Source: a virus. From it: a stretch of 64,000 nt of DNA. The translations under genes and the position numbers were made by a program. Numbering within the stretch: the stretch's first letter is position 1; every line of letters starts with the position of its first letter. The notes under the pieces were generated by a model. It was given only the letters and a program-made list of their open reading frames with translations. It made no database searches and had not been told where the DNA came from. Of the stretch, positions 18,704 to 29,545 are shown piece after piece. The stretch spans positions 26,333 to 90,332 of the IMG/VR virus record IMGVR_UViG_3300025141_013863; one strand, given 5' to 3'.

Positions 18704-21700
18704 AAAGCTTTTTGATTCGCAAAGATCAAAAAATTATTTATCTGAGACCGACGAAAGAGAGGCTTTCGCCGATATAGAGTCGTCCAGAAACATGAAGGCG
18801 ATCTCAAAGAGGCAGAAGACTTTTGTTCCTCAAATAGATTATACAAAGCCTGAAAGATTTGCACGCTACGGATCGGCATATCTTTATTATAAATCTGCTA
18901 TTGAATGGATTCATGATTATTATCCATATGATGGTTCCGATGCAGAAATAAATGAATATAGAAATAAACTATTAGATATCGAAAGGTATATATTTGATAA
19001 TATCTATCCTCGTACAAACGGGTTTGTTACTTTTGCTAATCCTCATGATGGCGGCTGGGGCGGCACCACTAATGATCCAGATGATTCTGATGGTTATGGA
19101 ATTCCATCCACGCTAGAGTACATTACATTTAAAGGAGGGCCCGGCACTGGTTCCGCCGAAGATGGTGCATTGTCTTCTCTTGTGCCCAATCCTTATAATG
19201 AAAAGATAAAACACGCCAACATATATGATGAAGATATCTACACAAATGCTGGCTTACCAGCAACTTATGGATCGGGCTCTAGAGAGTCTAATCTTAAAGC
19301 TAATTTTAATACAGGCGTCACAGTTGAGTTTTGGTTAAAAACAGGCTCCGCTATTCCTCTAAGTACACTGAATAACGAAACAGAAAAGCAAGTTATCTTT
19401 GATATGTGGAACAACAATGCCGACACTACGCATGATTATGGACGCATAACGATTGAGTTAAATGGGACAGCTAGCAGCGGATCTCCATTTATAGTCACAG
19501 TCCAGTCTGGTAATGCTAACCCTGGAATTTTTCAACAATCAATCGGCGCCGACATAGATGTCGACACCCTTTCAAAATGGCATCATTATGCTTTTGTAAT
19601 GGAGAATACTGGCAGCGGCCATGCTATTAAATTCTATGTAGACGGCGATTATAATGATGTACTGGCCCATACTGGTTCTTTTGGAGAGTTGCCTCAAAAA
19701 GACATGATGGGGCGCCTTGGAGCACTCTTAACGACTCCTTCTGAAACAACCGCCACTGGCTCCCTTGCCGGCGCCGGAAAACTTTCTGGCTCTATGGATG
19801 AATTTCGATATTGGAAAGTCGCTAGAACTGCCAGAGAAATTGGTTTAAACTGGCTCGATCAAATTAGAGGCGGAGTAAACACAGATATTTCTAATACGAC
19901 CCTTGGTGTCTATTATAAATTTAATGAGGGTATAACAACTGTAGCGGCCACCGATAGCGTTGTTCTGGACTATGGAGGCCGCGTTTGCAATGGTGTTTGG
20001 ACAGGCTACGGAAGTAATTCCCGCGCCACTGGCTCTGCGATGGTCTTGGCCAGCGGCTCGGCAATTTCATCAGAATACAAAGATCCAATTATGTATTCAA
20101 ACCACCCAGATGTGTCTGCATTAAAAACAGCTTTATTAAATAGTGGCTCCTATCACGATAGACAAAACAACTCTTCTATGTTGAGCATGGCGCCTTCTTG
20201 GATTATCGAAGAAGACGAAGATCATGGTAGTGAATTTACTACAAATCTTCGATACGTATCTCATATTGTAGGAACATATTTCGATAAATTATACTTACAA
20301 ATTCAGTCTCTTCCAAAATTTAAGCAAGCCGGATATACAAGCGCTTCATATACGCCATTTCCCTTTGCACAGCATATGCCACAATCAATGGGGCTCGTCT
20401 CCCCGGAGCTGTTTATTGATGCATCTGTTATGGAGAAATTTCTCAATAGAAACCAGACCGGATCCTTTGAGGGCGACTTAGCAGAAACTAAGAATCTAAT
20501 TTATCTCAATCTTTATAATAATATAACAAATATTTTTAAGAGCAAAGGTACTGAAAAATCAATTAGAAATGTATTTAGGTGCTTTAATCTTGATGAGAGC
20601 TTGATCCGATTAAACGCATATGCCGATAATACAACATATTTGTTAAGAAACAATACCCTGCAGACTCTTATAAATAAAAATAGTATTAACTTTAATCAGA
20701 AGCAAAATACAAACGCCGTTATTTATCAGAAGCAATATACTGGCTCCGCGTATGAACCGGCCCCAAATGATGTAATTGCTGATGATACCATAGGACATAT
20801 TTCTGGTTCGTGGGGTATCGGCTATAATGCCACCAATGCTCCGGATGATAGGGGTATTGAAGATCCTTATGGATTTACAATGGAAGCTGATATTACGTTT
20901 CCAACATTCTATAGAACCCAAGATAGATTTGATAGAAATTTTTTAACAGGCTCTTTGTTTGGGCTATATACTGTTCCGTCCGGTGCTTCTGGTTATCCTC
21001 TTACTAGGATTAAAAACGGTACCGACACTACGTGGATAACAAGCCTTGGAAACAATGCAGCAGGAGATTCCGAAAAAGGCCCAGACGCAGCAAACTTTCA
21101 AGTTTTTGCAATTAGAGATAGCGAATATTCAAAAAATATTCGGTTTATGATTTCTTCCTCTAATGAGCCGACCCCGATTCCGCTATTAACAAGTAGCACC
21201 TTTTATGATGTCTACTCAGATAGTCGTTGGAACCTTTCCGTTAGAATTGTTCCGTCCCTAACAAGCTCTTATGGTGCTGCCGGCATTGTTAGCGGCTCCC
21301 GAGAATCAGAAAGCAATTATGATCTGATCTTTAATGGCTATCATAATGAAGTTGGTACAATTCAGAATAGTTTTAAGTTAACTGCATCGATAGACTATGA
21401 TACTGCGGTAAACTTTTTAAATGCGGCCAAAAGGGTTTATGCCGGCGCCCGCCGAACAAATATAACTGGTGCTATTTTAAATCAAACAGATGTTAATATA
21501 AACTCTATAAAATATTGGACAAAATATATTGAAGATGGAGTATTAGAACAACACGCGAATGATCTTACTAACGCCGGCATATCTGCATCGTACCAAAACA
21601 CCTCCCCAAGAGATTTAAATAGTTTTGGCCACGATATTTTAAATTTAAATACTTTGGCTCTCCATTGGAACTTTGAAAATATAACAGGCTCAGATAGTAA

Positions 21701-24700
21701 TGGTAATTTTTATATTACGGATATGAGTTCAGGCTCATCAGAGATAAGAGATAATTTTGGCTGGGCTGGCAACTGGGCAGGATATCAACATACTGGATAT
21801 GGATTTGGGTTTAGTACCTCGTCCACCAACGTTGTTGAAAAAAATGCGATCAACTACTTTAAGTTTATAGATCCAGAAAGAGTAGTTTCATCAGATATGG
21901 TCCAGATCTTGTCTAGTGATGATCGAGTTTTTGGCACAGATGATGTCGTTCCGGACTATTATTTCACAGTTGAAAAAAGCATGTATAATGCAATTTCAGA
22001 AGAAATTCTTGACTTCTTTGCTGGGGTTGTAGACTTTAATAATATTATTGGCGAGGCCGTTAATAGATATCGCCATAGATATAAATCACTAGAAAAACTC
22101 CGAGAGATTTTCTTCAGGAAAGTGTCGAACACCAAGGATGTAGAAAAGTTTGTTGATTATTATAAGTGGTTTGATGACTCTTTAACAACAATTATATCGC
22201 AATTGATCCCGGCATCGGCTGATTTTGAAAACGACATGATGAATATTATTGAAAGCCACGTGCTTGAAAGAAATAAGTATCAAACTAAATTTCCAACATT
22301 CGATTTTAAAGAGCCAGATTTAGATTTTGCCATGAAAGGGGCAAAAGAAAGCTCGTATTCGTGGAAAGATGGTAGCTCTACAATTCCGGCTTCTCCTCGT
22401 TCTACAAAAAAGAATAGACTATATTGGGATCGACGCGCTGAAAGATCCGCAACAGAGTTATCCTCCAGTCGCTCAACTAACTCTCCCACGGTTAATTCAA
22501 CTATTGACGGGCAGAGAGAAAAGTTTAAAACGATTATATATTCTAATCCACATATGAGCCAAAGTACGCGCCTTTCCTATACTAGCACTGGTACATCATA
22601 TGATATTGGAGCCCACCGAAGTCGTAGTTATGGAGGCCTCTATAATCTTCAATACGATAGTTATATAGGTTCCGGCAGTACCATTAAAGGCGGCACGAAC
22701 TTCACAGATAATAAAAATATTGATTTTACATATAATGCACTTCGTCCTGCAGGTCCAGTTAATAATGACGGCACCATATTTGTTCCTCAAAATGTTATTT
22801 TGGGATTTGCCAATGACTTGGTTGAACTGCATGAAACTCACCAATGGGAGACTGATAAGTATCCAAGAATATTAACTAAAAGATATCTAAAAACTCTCCA
22901 CGGAAGAAACTTTGAGTACGATGGAACCGGATATAGTAATGTTAAATCTTCCTTCGCATTTCCTTTTAATATTGTAAGTTCTTCAATAAAAAGTGGATAC
23001 AACAAAGTTGTAACCGATAGAGTTACCGGAGGTATTGAAATTGTTAACTTGCATCATGATACTTATGGAGATTCTTTTGAGATTCCAATGCAGGGCCCAT
23101 TTACCAATACTCATGTTGGGGGCCACCAATCACGCCACATTGCAATAAATACAGGTTCAGATCAGTGGTATAACCGTCCGGAAGCATGGAAGATACTTCT
23201 TGGAACTAGTGATCTTGGAACACATAATTTAACAGGCGCAATCGGCATGGTGGGCCCAGATTATCCGTGGCCCGAGGCCAACGAAAGAGGCGGCTCGTCT
23301 CCAGGCGCTTGGATCTCACCATACCCAATGACAGCTTCTCACAAGGCTTGGCTGTATAGAGGCATGGTCGCGAAGAGTCCAGTAAACATTAGGAACATAT
23401 TAACTACAACTGGATCCAGGGTACTTGGAAATTATCAGAGAAATTACGAAATAGTACAGTCGGTTGGTGCATATGAAAATGCTAGAGCATTTATTGAAGA
23501 ACAGCCCACCTTGCCATCTACGGTATACTTGAGCCATTCGGGCAGCACCACAAACGTAAGAACGTTATTAGATCTCCGTCGTGAGTCTGGAAGTCATTTC
23601 AAGTTTGTAGATGAATATAACGCTGGTTATTTAACGGGTACCGAAAACAAATCAATTATGCTATCTAGATTTGCTGCTCCTGGTGGCATAGAAGTGATGG
23701 GTCGAGGCTATTTAGATTTTAGAGCTTCAGAATATTCTGTTTATAATTCATTATTGAATAGAAACTTGACAGTTATCAAGCCCTCTCAGGGCCCAACTGG
23801 TTCGTATTCTGAACTTGTTGGCTCGGGTACTGCGGGAATTCGAGTATTCGATATTCATGGAAAAGATTTTGGATTGCGCTCACACTTGGCAAGACATAGT
23901 GCCAGATTTGGTAGAGATTCCATGTTTGTTACTTCTTCGAATGATATGCCCGGCGCCTCCTATGACCAGCTTCCATCTTTTCATAAGCTTAATAGAAATC
24001 GAAGAGCAGTAATAAAAATAACCAATGCCGGCGACATCTTTAGTCCAAAGACGATAACAACCGCGACGGCCTCGAAATACGATAACTATTATGTGTCCTA
24101 CCCCATCCCCAGATCGGACAGACAATATTCGTGGGTTACTGGCTCAATTACTGGCTCAGATATAAGATTTTATGGCCATGCCCGAATACATGGCGAGCAA
24201 GCAGGTTTGTTTTCTAGTTCTGCTAATGGTTATGTTGCTTATTTTGATTATGTGAGTGCCAGTTCTGTTGTGCCACAACTTACACAAAGTTTATACCAGC
24301 CGACAACAAGATTAAATATTTTAACACACGATCCTTTAACTGCCTCTGGCGACAACAACACGCTTGGACATGCAACAACAATTGATTACGATGAGTATTT
24401 TAATAAAACAATTGTAGATAGATTCCAGATCGAAAACTTCCTTACGACATCCGCGAATTACTTTAACTTGCTGATGACAAGGCGTGGTGGTACTTTTGGT
24501 TGGAACTGGAAGAGGTTAAGGATTCAAGATCACCCAATCTTAGTTGATCAATATTTAAGTAGTACTTTTACGCGTGCCGCCATTACTGATGATGATGTCA
24601 CAACGTATAGTCTCCCACCTGTGTCCATGAGAGGCCGTCCTCTCCTTATTAATTATAGCCAGGATGATTCAGATACAACACTCAAAATTACTCACAACAA

Positions 24701-27700
24701 TGAAAAGATTTATTTTAACAGCACGACTTTAAATGATGAGCTAGGCTTGCCTAATATGGAAACTGTTACTGCGTATGATCAAGTTTTATCGATTATACAG
24801 TCGGCCGATTATTCATTAAATTGGATTATGTATTGCGAAAATGTTTTCCCATCTTTAAGAAACGAATTTGTTTCCTCGTCTCGCGAAAGAATTGGTTTTG
24901 ATAATAAATTTTGGAGAGATGCATCAATAGATCGCTTGGCGGTTGGAAATGCTTTGAAAAATTCCTTTGGTGTAAGGTCTCCCGCTGTTTCACAAAGTTG
25001 TTGGCCCTTAGACGCGCCGGCTAATTTCTTGACGCGCTCAAAAGTGCCAAATGTTGGAACTGGCGGCGGCGATCATGATTTCTTTGAAGAGGGTCAAGCA
25101 GGAGAGCTTCAAAATACTTATTTTGCATATCACACAGGCGCCGCCAAGACCAGCGATGAAGTGTTTACTTTCATGGCCCCCGCCGCCCTTTACGCCAGAA
25201 AACACACTCTTAGTTCACCATTTTCGGTGGCATCTCCATCAGGAATGGATATTCCAGAAACAGGAAGTATTTCAATTGGAGTTCCATTTTGGAAAGGCAG
25301 CTCGCAGATTGATATTTATGCAGGCGAAGCAGTATGGGAAGCCGGCTCACAAGCTGGAATTGTTACAGTTTCTGGTTCTACCTCAATTTTTCAAGCGACC
25401 GCTTCTATTCCCTGGTTCAACGATTATGATGATTATAAAGAAGACTTATTATTGTTGGCTCGCGACTACTCCATTATTCCAGAATTTAGGATTAGTGAAC
25501 ATATCGAAGATTACATAAAGTATGGCTTGGCATCAAAAAATAAATCAAACACTTTCGAGATTCCAGGGACATCAATCAACAGCTCGACAAGTTCTTTTTA
25601 TGTAGATTATTCTAATTCTGAGTTTATGACAGAATTTCTCAACATTAAGCAAGATTCATTGCTTGATGCAACAGAAATTAGATTAGTATGTAGCGCTGCA
25701 ATTAGATTTAATCCGTATAAAGGGTTTTATCCCGCACAAAGAACTTTAGATCTAGTCTCACAGTTTTCTCGTTCTTATGGCGATGGATTGTTTGCGTCCA
25801 AGAAGGGCGACGGTACACAATTTTCAGTCGCCGGCGAAGAGCTTATCAAGAACAGGCCGGGCTTATTGAGGCCTTTGATGACGACACTATATTCTCCAGG
25901 TATTTTATTCAACAGTATTAAATCTGGACTGGCAGTTAATTATCCAGGAATAACTGATACTAGAAAATTAAGTGCATCATATTATGGTAAATCAAAATTA
26001 GAAAATACAGAAAATTGGATGATCACGCCGGCCCTCCCTCCCAATAGTACAAAAGTTGGATATCGCGGCGGAGAGTTCTGGGACATTAAAGTTCCTTTCG
26101 AGGCCATCTTAGCCCCAGAAAAATATATTGCAGGGATACAATTTTTGGATATAGAGCCCCACCCCTCTTGTTCTCTGAATGCAACTGCTTCTTTGGGAGC
26201 GGCAAGTGATGAAATTTATTCTATGATGGCCAGTAATTTTCTCGGAGAAGTTGGGTCTTTCTTCTTGAAAGATAATATGTTTACACAGCTTGCCTCTGAG
26301 CCAGTTACAGATGATCTAAGATTTACATCCGGTAGCGTTTATGGGGCTAGAATAAAGTTAAGAAGATCTGTGTCGGGCTCTAGAGGTTATCTTCTAGAAT
26401 CTGGCTCTGTTGGAGGAAGCGATCCATATGATCTAACAGGTGGTAGAATTTATGATTCAACTTTGGGGGCATATCAAAACGGTGCCTTTCCAATACCACA
26501 AGATCCAAGAGCAACTAACAAATCTTTTCAAGAAAGTTTTACAATGTATTCTCGCCCCTCCGCCTTCGGTCCTCCCGTTGCCGGCCAACCGGATTCAACA
26601 GGATCGAAAGACTCAGTTGTCTTAGCTTCAGATCCATTAGATAGTGTAAATGGGTATTATTGGTCATTCACCCCTCCATATTACAATGGTGAAGCTTGGT
26701 GCGATGTAATTTTTAGACCGGATAGTACGAAAAGCTATGATTTAGAACAAATATTAGCTGAGGCCTCTTTGGTATATTGGCGAGCTGATCCTGGGATTGG
26801 CACAGGTAGTGCTGGCTATTTGGGCTCTAATCCTGTTTTAATCTCCTCTTTTGGTTCTGCCTCATTTACAAATGCTGATAATTATATTTATTCTGGACAC
26901 AATGTTAATGCAAACGCTATGCAAATCAGCGCCAGCATTAATTTGCTTGGTGTTGAAAGGGTCTTGCAGCAAGAAGAAGATAAGTTTGGAAACAAGATCA
27001 AAGGCACAAATATTACCGCAGCAAAACGTTGGGTAATTCAGCCAAAATGGGAAACCCCAATGCTCAATTTTGGTAATCAAGGGGTGCACCCAATAACCGA
27101 AAATGATGGTAACTTAACATTGCCTGATTATGGAAAAGCATCAGTGCCAAGAGGGATGTGGCATCAATTTGGTATAATGCCAGAATCGCCAGATAAAGGA
27201 ATTTTCTTAGAAATTGGAGATATTCCAAAGGATTGGTTAAAAAATCATTACGATGTATTAACAAACGATACCGTTTATAATAATGATGATGCTGATACCG
27301 GCGACAAGGTATTTAAAGAAATGCAATCTTTAACAGATCTGGCAGGCTTTAAATCATCAACGTCAAAGCGCTTAGGAGAAATAGCAGAAAGTAAAATTAT
27401 CAGGGAAGCAGTTGTGGCGGTTCCTTATGTAATACAGAATGAAGCAGGCATATCTAACGAGGCTAGCGCACTTACATCGACCATGAAGTCTCTTATAAGC
27501 ATTCCAAAACAGAGATATGAAGCTGCCATGTCTAGTGCTAAGGGAACGGCGGAAGGTGATTCATTAGATGCCGCTGGAGAGTCAATAAGAAAGCTAGTTC
27601 AAAAAATGGAAAGGTACGTTTTGCCACCTCAGTTTGACTTCCTAACTAATCCAGATGTTGATCCGGTTGTTATGTATATTTTTGAATTTAAGTATATTTT

Positions 27701-28109
27701 AGATCAAAATGATCTATCGTATATATGGCAGAATTTAGCGCCAAGAGATTATAAAAAAATATCCTTTCAATATGAATCAGTTGCACATGAGCTTATGGAC
27801 ACTGAATTGCTGACGGAGGCAAACTTAGTAGATAATGAAAACTTAAGATGGATGGTCTTTAAAGTAAAACAGCGTTCCGGCACTCACTATTATGATCTAA
27901 CGACTGCTCAAGCAGGCCAAGCCTCAAAAGATGTATTTAGCTTTGATGATGATACTTCTGGATACAAGCTTGGATTCAATTGGCCTTATGATTATTTATC
28001 TTTTGTTGAGCTAATTAAGATGGATGCGGAAGTTCTTTTTAAATCATCTGACGATACAGATACCACAAATGGCTCAACTGATGTATATGGCGAACTGGAG
28101 AGCGAATAA
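18693..28109 (+). CDS. 3138-aa baseplate/tail protein with LamG/concanavalin-A-like domain(s)
   Basis: TVEFWLK...WHHYAFV...FYVDG...GSMDEFRYW LamG pattern; KSKGTEKSIRNVFRCF wedge-like motif. Confidence 0.7.
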   Translation: MSIKKLFDSQRSKNYLSETDEREAFADIESSRNMKAISKRQKTFVPQIDYTKPERFARYGSAYLYYKSAIEWIHDYYPYDGSDAEINEYRNKLLDIERYIFDNIYPRTNGFVTFANPHDGGWGGTTNDPDDSDGYGIPSTLEYITFKGGPGTGSAEDGALSSLVPNPYNEKIKHANIYDEDIYTNAGLPATYGSGSRESNLKANFNTGVTVEFWLKTGSAIPLSTLNNETEKQVIFDMWNNNADTTHDYGRITIELNGTASSGSPFIVTVQSGNANPGIFQQSIGADIDVDTLSKWHHYAFVMENTGSGHAIKFYVDGDYNDVLAHTGSFGELPQKDMMGRLGALLTTPSETTATGSLAGAGKLSGSMDEFRYWKVARTAREIGLNWLDQIRGGVNTDISNTTLGVYYKFNEGITTVAATDSVVLDYGGRVCNGVWTGYGSNSRATGSAMVLASGSAISSEYKDPIMYSNHPDVSALKTALLNSGSYHDRQNNSSMLSMAPSWIIEEDEDHGSEFTTNLRYVSHIVGTYFDKLYLQIQSLPKFKQAGYTSASYTPFPFAQHMPQSMGLVSPELFIDASVMEKFLNRNQTGSFEGDLAETKNLIYLNLYNNITNIFKSKGTEKSIRNVFRCFNLDESLIRLNAYADNTTYLLRNNTLQTLINKNSINFNQKQNTNAVIYQKQYTGSAYEPAPNDVIADDTIGHISGSWGIGYNATNAPDDRGIEDPYGFTMEADITFPTFYRTQDRFDRNFLTGSLFGLYTVPSGASGYPLTRIKNGTDTTWITSLGNNAAGDSEKGPDAANFQVFAIRDSEYSKNIRFMISSSNEPTPIPLLTSSTFYDVYSDSRWNLSVRIVPSLTSSYGAAGIVSGSRESESNYDLIFNGYHNEVGTIQNSFKLTASIDYDTAVNFLNAAKRVYAGARRTNITGAILNQTDVNINSIKYWTKYIEDGVLEQHANDLTNAGISASYQNTSPRDLNSFGHDILNLNTLALHWNFENITGSDSNGNFYITDMSSGSSEIRDNFGWAGNWAGYQHTGYGFGFSTSSTNVVEKNAINYFKFIDPERVVSSDMVQILSSDDRVFGTDDVVPDYYFTVEKSMYNAISEEILDFFAGVVDFNNIIGEAVNRYRHRYKSLEKLREIFFRKVSNTKDVEKFVDYYKWFDDSLTTIISQLIPASADFENDMMNIIESHVLERNKYQTKFPTFDFKEPDLDFAMKGAKESSYSWKDGSSTIPASPRSTKKNRLYWDRRAERSATELSSSRSTNSPTVNSTIDGQREKFKTIIYSNPHMSQSTRLSYTSTGTSYDIGAHRSRSYGGLYNLQYDSYIGSGSTIKGGTNFTDNKNIDFTYNALRPAGPVNNDGTIFVPQNVILGFANDLVELHETHQWETDKYPRILTKRYLKTLHGRNFEYDGTGYSNVKSSFAFPFNIVSSSIKSGYNKVVTDRVTGGIEIVNLHHDTYGDSFEIPMQGPFTNTHVGGHQSRHIAINTGSDQWYNRPEAWKILLGTSDLGTHNLTGAIGMVGPDYPWPEANERGGSSPGAWISPYPMTASHKAWLYRGMVAKSPVNIRNILTTTGSRVLGNYQRNYEIVQSVGAYENARAFIEEQPTLPSTVYLSHSGSTTNVRTLLDLRRESGSHFKFVDEYNAGYLTGTENKSIMLSRFAAPGGIEVMGRGYLDFRASEYSVYNSLLNRNLTVIKPSQGPTGSYSELVGSGTAGIRVFDIHGKDFGLRSHLARHSARFGRDSMFVTSSNDMPGASYDQLPSFHKLNRNRRAVIKITNAGDIFSPKTITTATASKYDNYYVSYPIPRSDRQYSWVTGSITGSDIRFYGHARIHGEQAGLFSSSANGYVAYFDYVSASSVVPQLTQSLYQPTTRLNILTHDPLTASGDNNTLGHATTIDYDEYFNKTIVDRFQIENFLTTSANYFNLLMTRRGGTFGWNWKRLRIQDHPILVDQYLSSTFTRAAITDDDVTTYSLPPVSMRGRPLLINYSQDDSDTTLKITHNNEKIYFNSTTLNDELGLPNMETVTAYDQVLSIIQSADYSLNWIMYCENVFPSLRNEFVSSSRERIGFDNKFWRDASIDRLAVGNALKNSFGVRSPAVSQSCWPLDAPANFLTRSKVPNVGTGGGDHDFFEEGQAGELQNTYFAYHTGAAKTSDEVFTFMAPAALYARKHTLSSPFSVASPSGMDIPETGSISIGVPFWKGSSQIDIYAGEAVWEAGSQAGIVTVSGSTSIFQATASIPWFNDYDDYKEDLLLLARDYSIIPEFRISEHIEDYIKYGLASKNKSNTFEIPGTSINSSTSSFYVDYSNSEFMTEFLNIKQDSLLDATEIRLVCSAAIRFNPYKGFYPAQRTLDLVSQFSRSYGDGLFASKKGDGTQFSVAGEELIKNRPGLLRPLMTTLYSPGILFNSIKSGLAVNYPGITDTRKLSASYYGKSKLENTENWMITPALPPNSTKVGYRGGEFWDIKVPFEAILAPEKYIAGIQFLDIEPHPSCSLNATASLGAASDEIYSMMASNFLGEVGSFFLKDNMFTQLASEPVTDDLRFTSGSVYGARIKLRRSVSGSRGYLLESGSVGGSDPYDLTGGRIYDSTLGAYQNGAFPIPQDPRATNKSFQESFTMYSRPSAFGPPVAGQPDSTGSKDSVVLASDPLDSVNGYYWSFTPPYYNGEAWCDVIFRPDSTKSYDLEQILAEASLVYWRADPGIGTGSAGYLGSNPVLISSFGSASFTNADNYIYSGHNVNANAMQISASINLLGVERVLQQEEDKFGNKIKGTNITAAKRWVIQPKWETPMLNFGNQGVHPITENDGNLTLPDYGKASVPRGMWHQFGIMPESPDKGIFLEIGDIPKDWLKNHYDVLTNDTVYNNDDADTGDKVFKEMQSLTDLAGFKSSTSKRLGEIAESKIIREAVVAVPYVIQNEAGISNEASALTSTMKSLISIPKQRYEAAMSSAKGTAEGDSLDAAGESIRKLVQKMERYVLPPQFDFLTNPDVDPVVMYIFEFKYILDQNDLSYIWQNLAPRDYKKISFQYESVAHELMDTELLTEANLVDNENLRWMVFKVKQRSGTHYYDLTTAQAGQASKDVFSFDDDTSGYKLGFNWPYDYLSFVELIKMDAEVLFKSSDDTDTTNGSTDVYGELESE

Positions 28110-29545
28110 TGGCTAAATTTTTAAATAAAAAAGAGCAAGTTTATGATTTAAAGCTTACCTCGTATGGCCACTATTTGATGTCGGTTGGTAAATTCAAGCC
28201 AGCATACTATAAATTTTTTGATGACAATATTCTATATGATGGTCGTTATGCTATGTATACCGGCTCAAGTGCCCCAGAGAAATCTAGTGTCGATTTAATG
28301 TTATATGAAAGTCAAAATCAAGTTCACAAAAGAATAAAAGAAGAGACTCAGTATTTAGAAAGCTTAGTCTTATTTGAAGATGTCGAAAATAACATAGGAA
28401 AACTATCTGATGACAATTTTGAAACAGACGTTACAGCGACCATGGTCGAGCCAAGGTTGGATGTGTTCAGGATTGATGAAGGCATAGGAGACGCATTTTT
28501 AGATGCCGGCACTCAAGCTGCCCCTGCTTGGAAAATAGTTGCTTTAAATGGAGAAATTTCCTCTTCCGCAACAAGTGATCCAGCAAATAATTCAAAAATC
28601 CCTCAAATAAATATCTCTTTAAATTATGAGAAAAAGTTGCTATCTGATATTGAACCCTTGATCGCCCCCGATTCCGTACCTGAAATGGCAGCTAGAACCG
28701 CAAAATTTTCAGACAATTACCAAATCGAACTAGTGTATGATGATGGTCTAATTTATGCTGAAGAAATGAACACCTTATTATTAACTGATAATTTTGATAT
28801 TGAAGTTTTCGAACAACAAACGGAAGATGCGGAAAATGCTGCAGCACAATTTTCCTTTAATGCATCTGGGCCCGGAATCCGAGATGAAACGTTTACAATA
28901 AACGATGGTACAACATCGGCGACGTTTACTTTCAAAGAGACAGCTGCCTCTTCTACACAAATAAAAGACGGTGCTCCACCCAGCACCGCTGCGGTTACAT
29001 TAGCAGAACGAGCCGTTAGAATAATAAACAATTATGTTGCACAGTCTAGCGTCGATCTTAAAGTTAGTGCCGCGTCTGATGAAACCACAGGAGTGATAAC
29101 GATAACCAACACTAATGGCACCGGTAAAAAAACAAATTCCGAAGGCACTACGGCTAGAATAACATCTTCAGATGAAGACAAGATTGCAACTGATGGTGGA
29201 TTTTTTACTGGCGGCACGGATGTAAAGACAAGCCTTATAAAGAAATTTTTTAAGCAAGGGGTACCTCAAGTAGTAGATGGTTTTATGGTTTCACCACAGC
29301 CAATAGAAACCCCACTAGAAGAGCTTCATACAGGTAGCGTAGAATATTACTTCAGCATTGTTGCGGATCAAGAAGTCGATCCAAAGCTAGCATGCCGTGC
29401 CACAGAACTTTTTAATAAAGAATCATATTATATTGATTTAGATTACGATTGCAGTCAATATACATCTTTAACTGAAGATGTATCGCCCAAATATTTTGAT
29501 ATTTATGGGCCAGTAACGGAGCCAGAGATATGCCAAGAGCCATAG
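28109..29545 (+). CDS. Putative tail/baseplate structural protein
   Basis: Coupled to the giant gene; N-terminus (LTSYGHYLMSVGKFKPAYYKFFDDNILY) resembles that of 36860..37855. Confidence 0.55.
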   Translation: MAKFLNKKEQVYDLKLTSYGHYLMSVGKFKPAYYKFFDDNILYDGRYAMYTGSSAPEKSSVDLMLYESQNQVHKRIKEETQYLESLVLFEDVENNIGKLSDDNFETDVTATMVEPRLDVFRIDEGIGDAFLDAGTQAAPAWKIVALNGEISSSATSDPANNSKIPQINISLNYEKKLLSDIEPLIAPDSVPEMAARTAKFSDNYQIELVYDDGLIYAEEMNTLLLTDNFDIEVFEQQTEDAENAAAQFSFNASGPGIRDETFTINDGTTSATFTFKETAASSTQIKDGAPPSTAAVTLAERAVRIINNYVAQSSVDLKVSAASDETTGVITITNTNGTGKKTNSEGTTARITSSDEDKIATDGGFFTGGTDVKTSLIKKFFKQGVPQVVDGFMVSPQPIETPLEELHTGSVEYYFSIVADQEVDPKLACRATELFNKESYYIDLDYDCSQYTSLTEDVSPKYFDIYGPVTEPEICQEP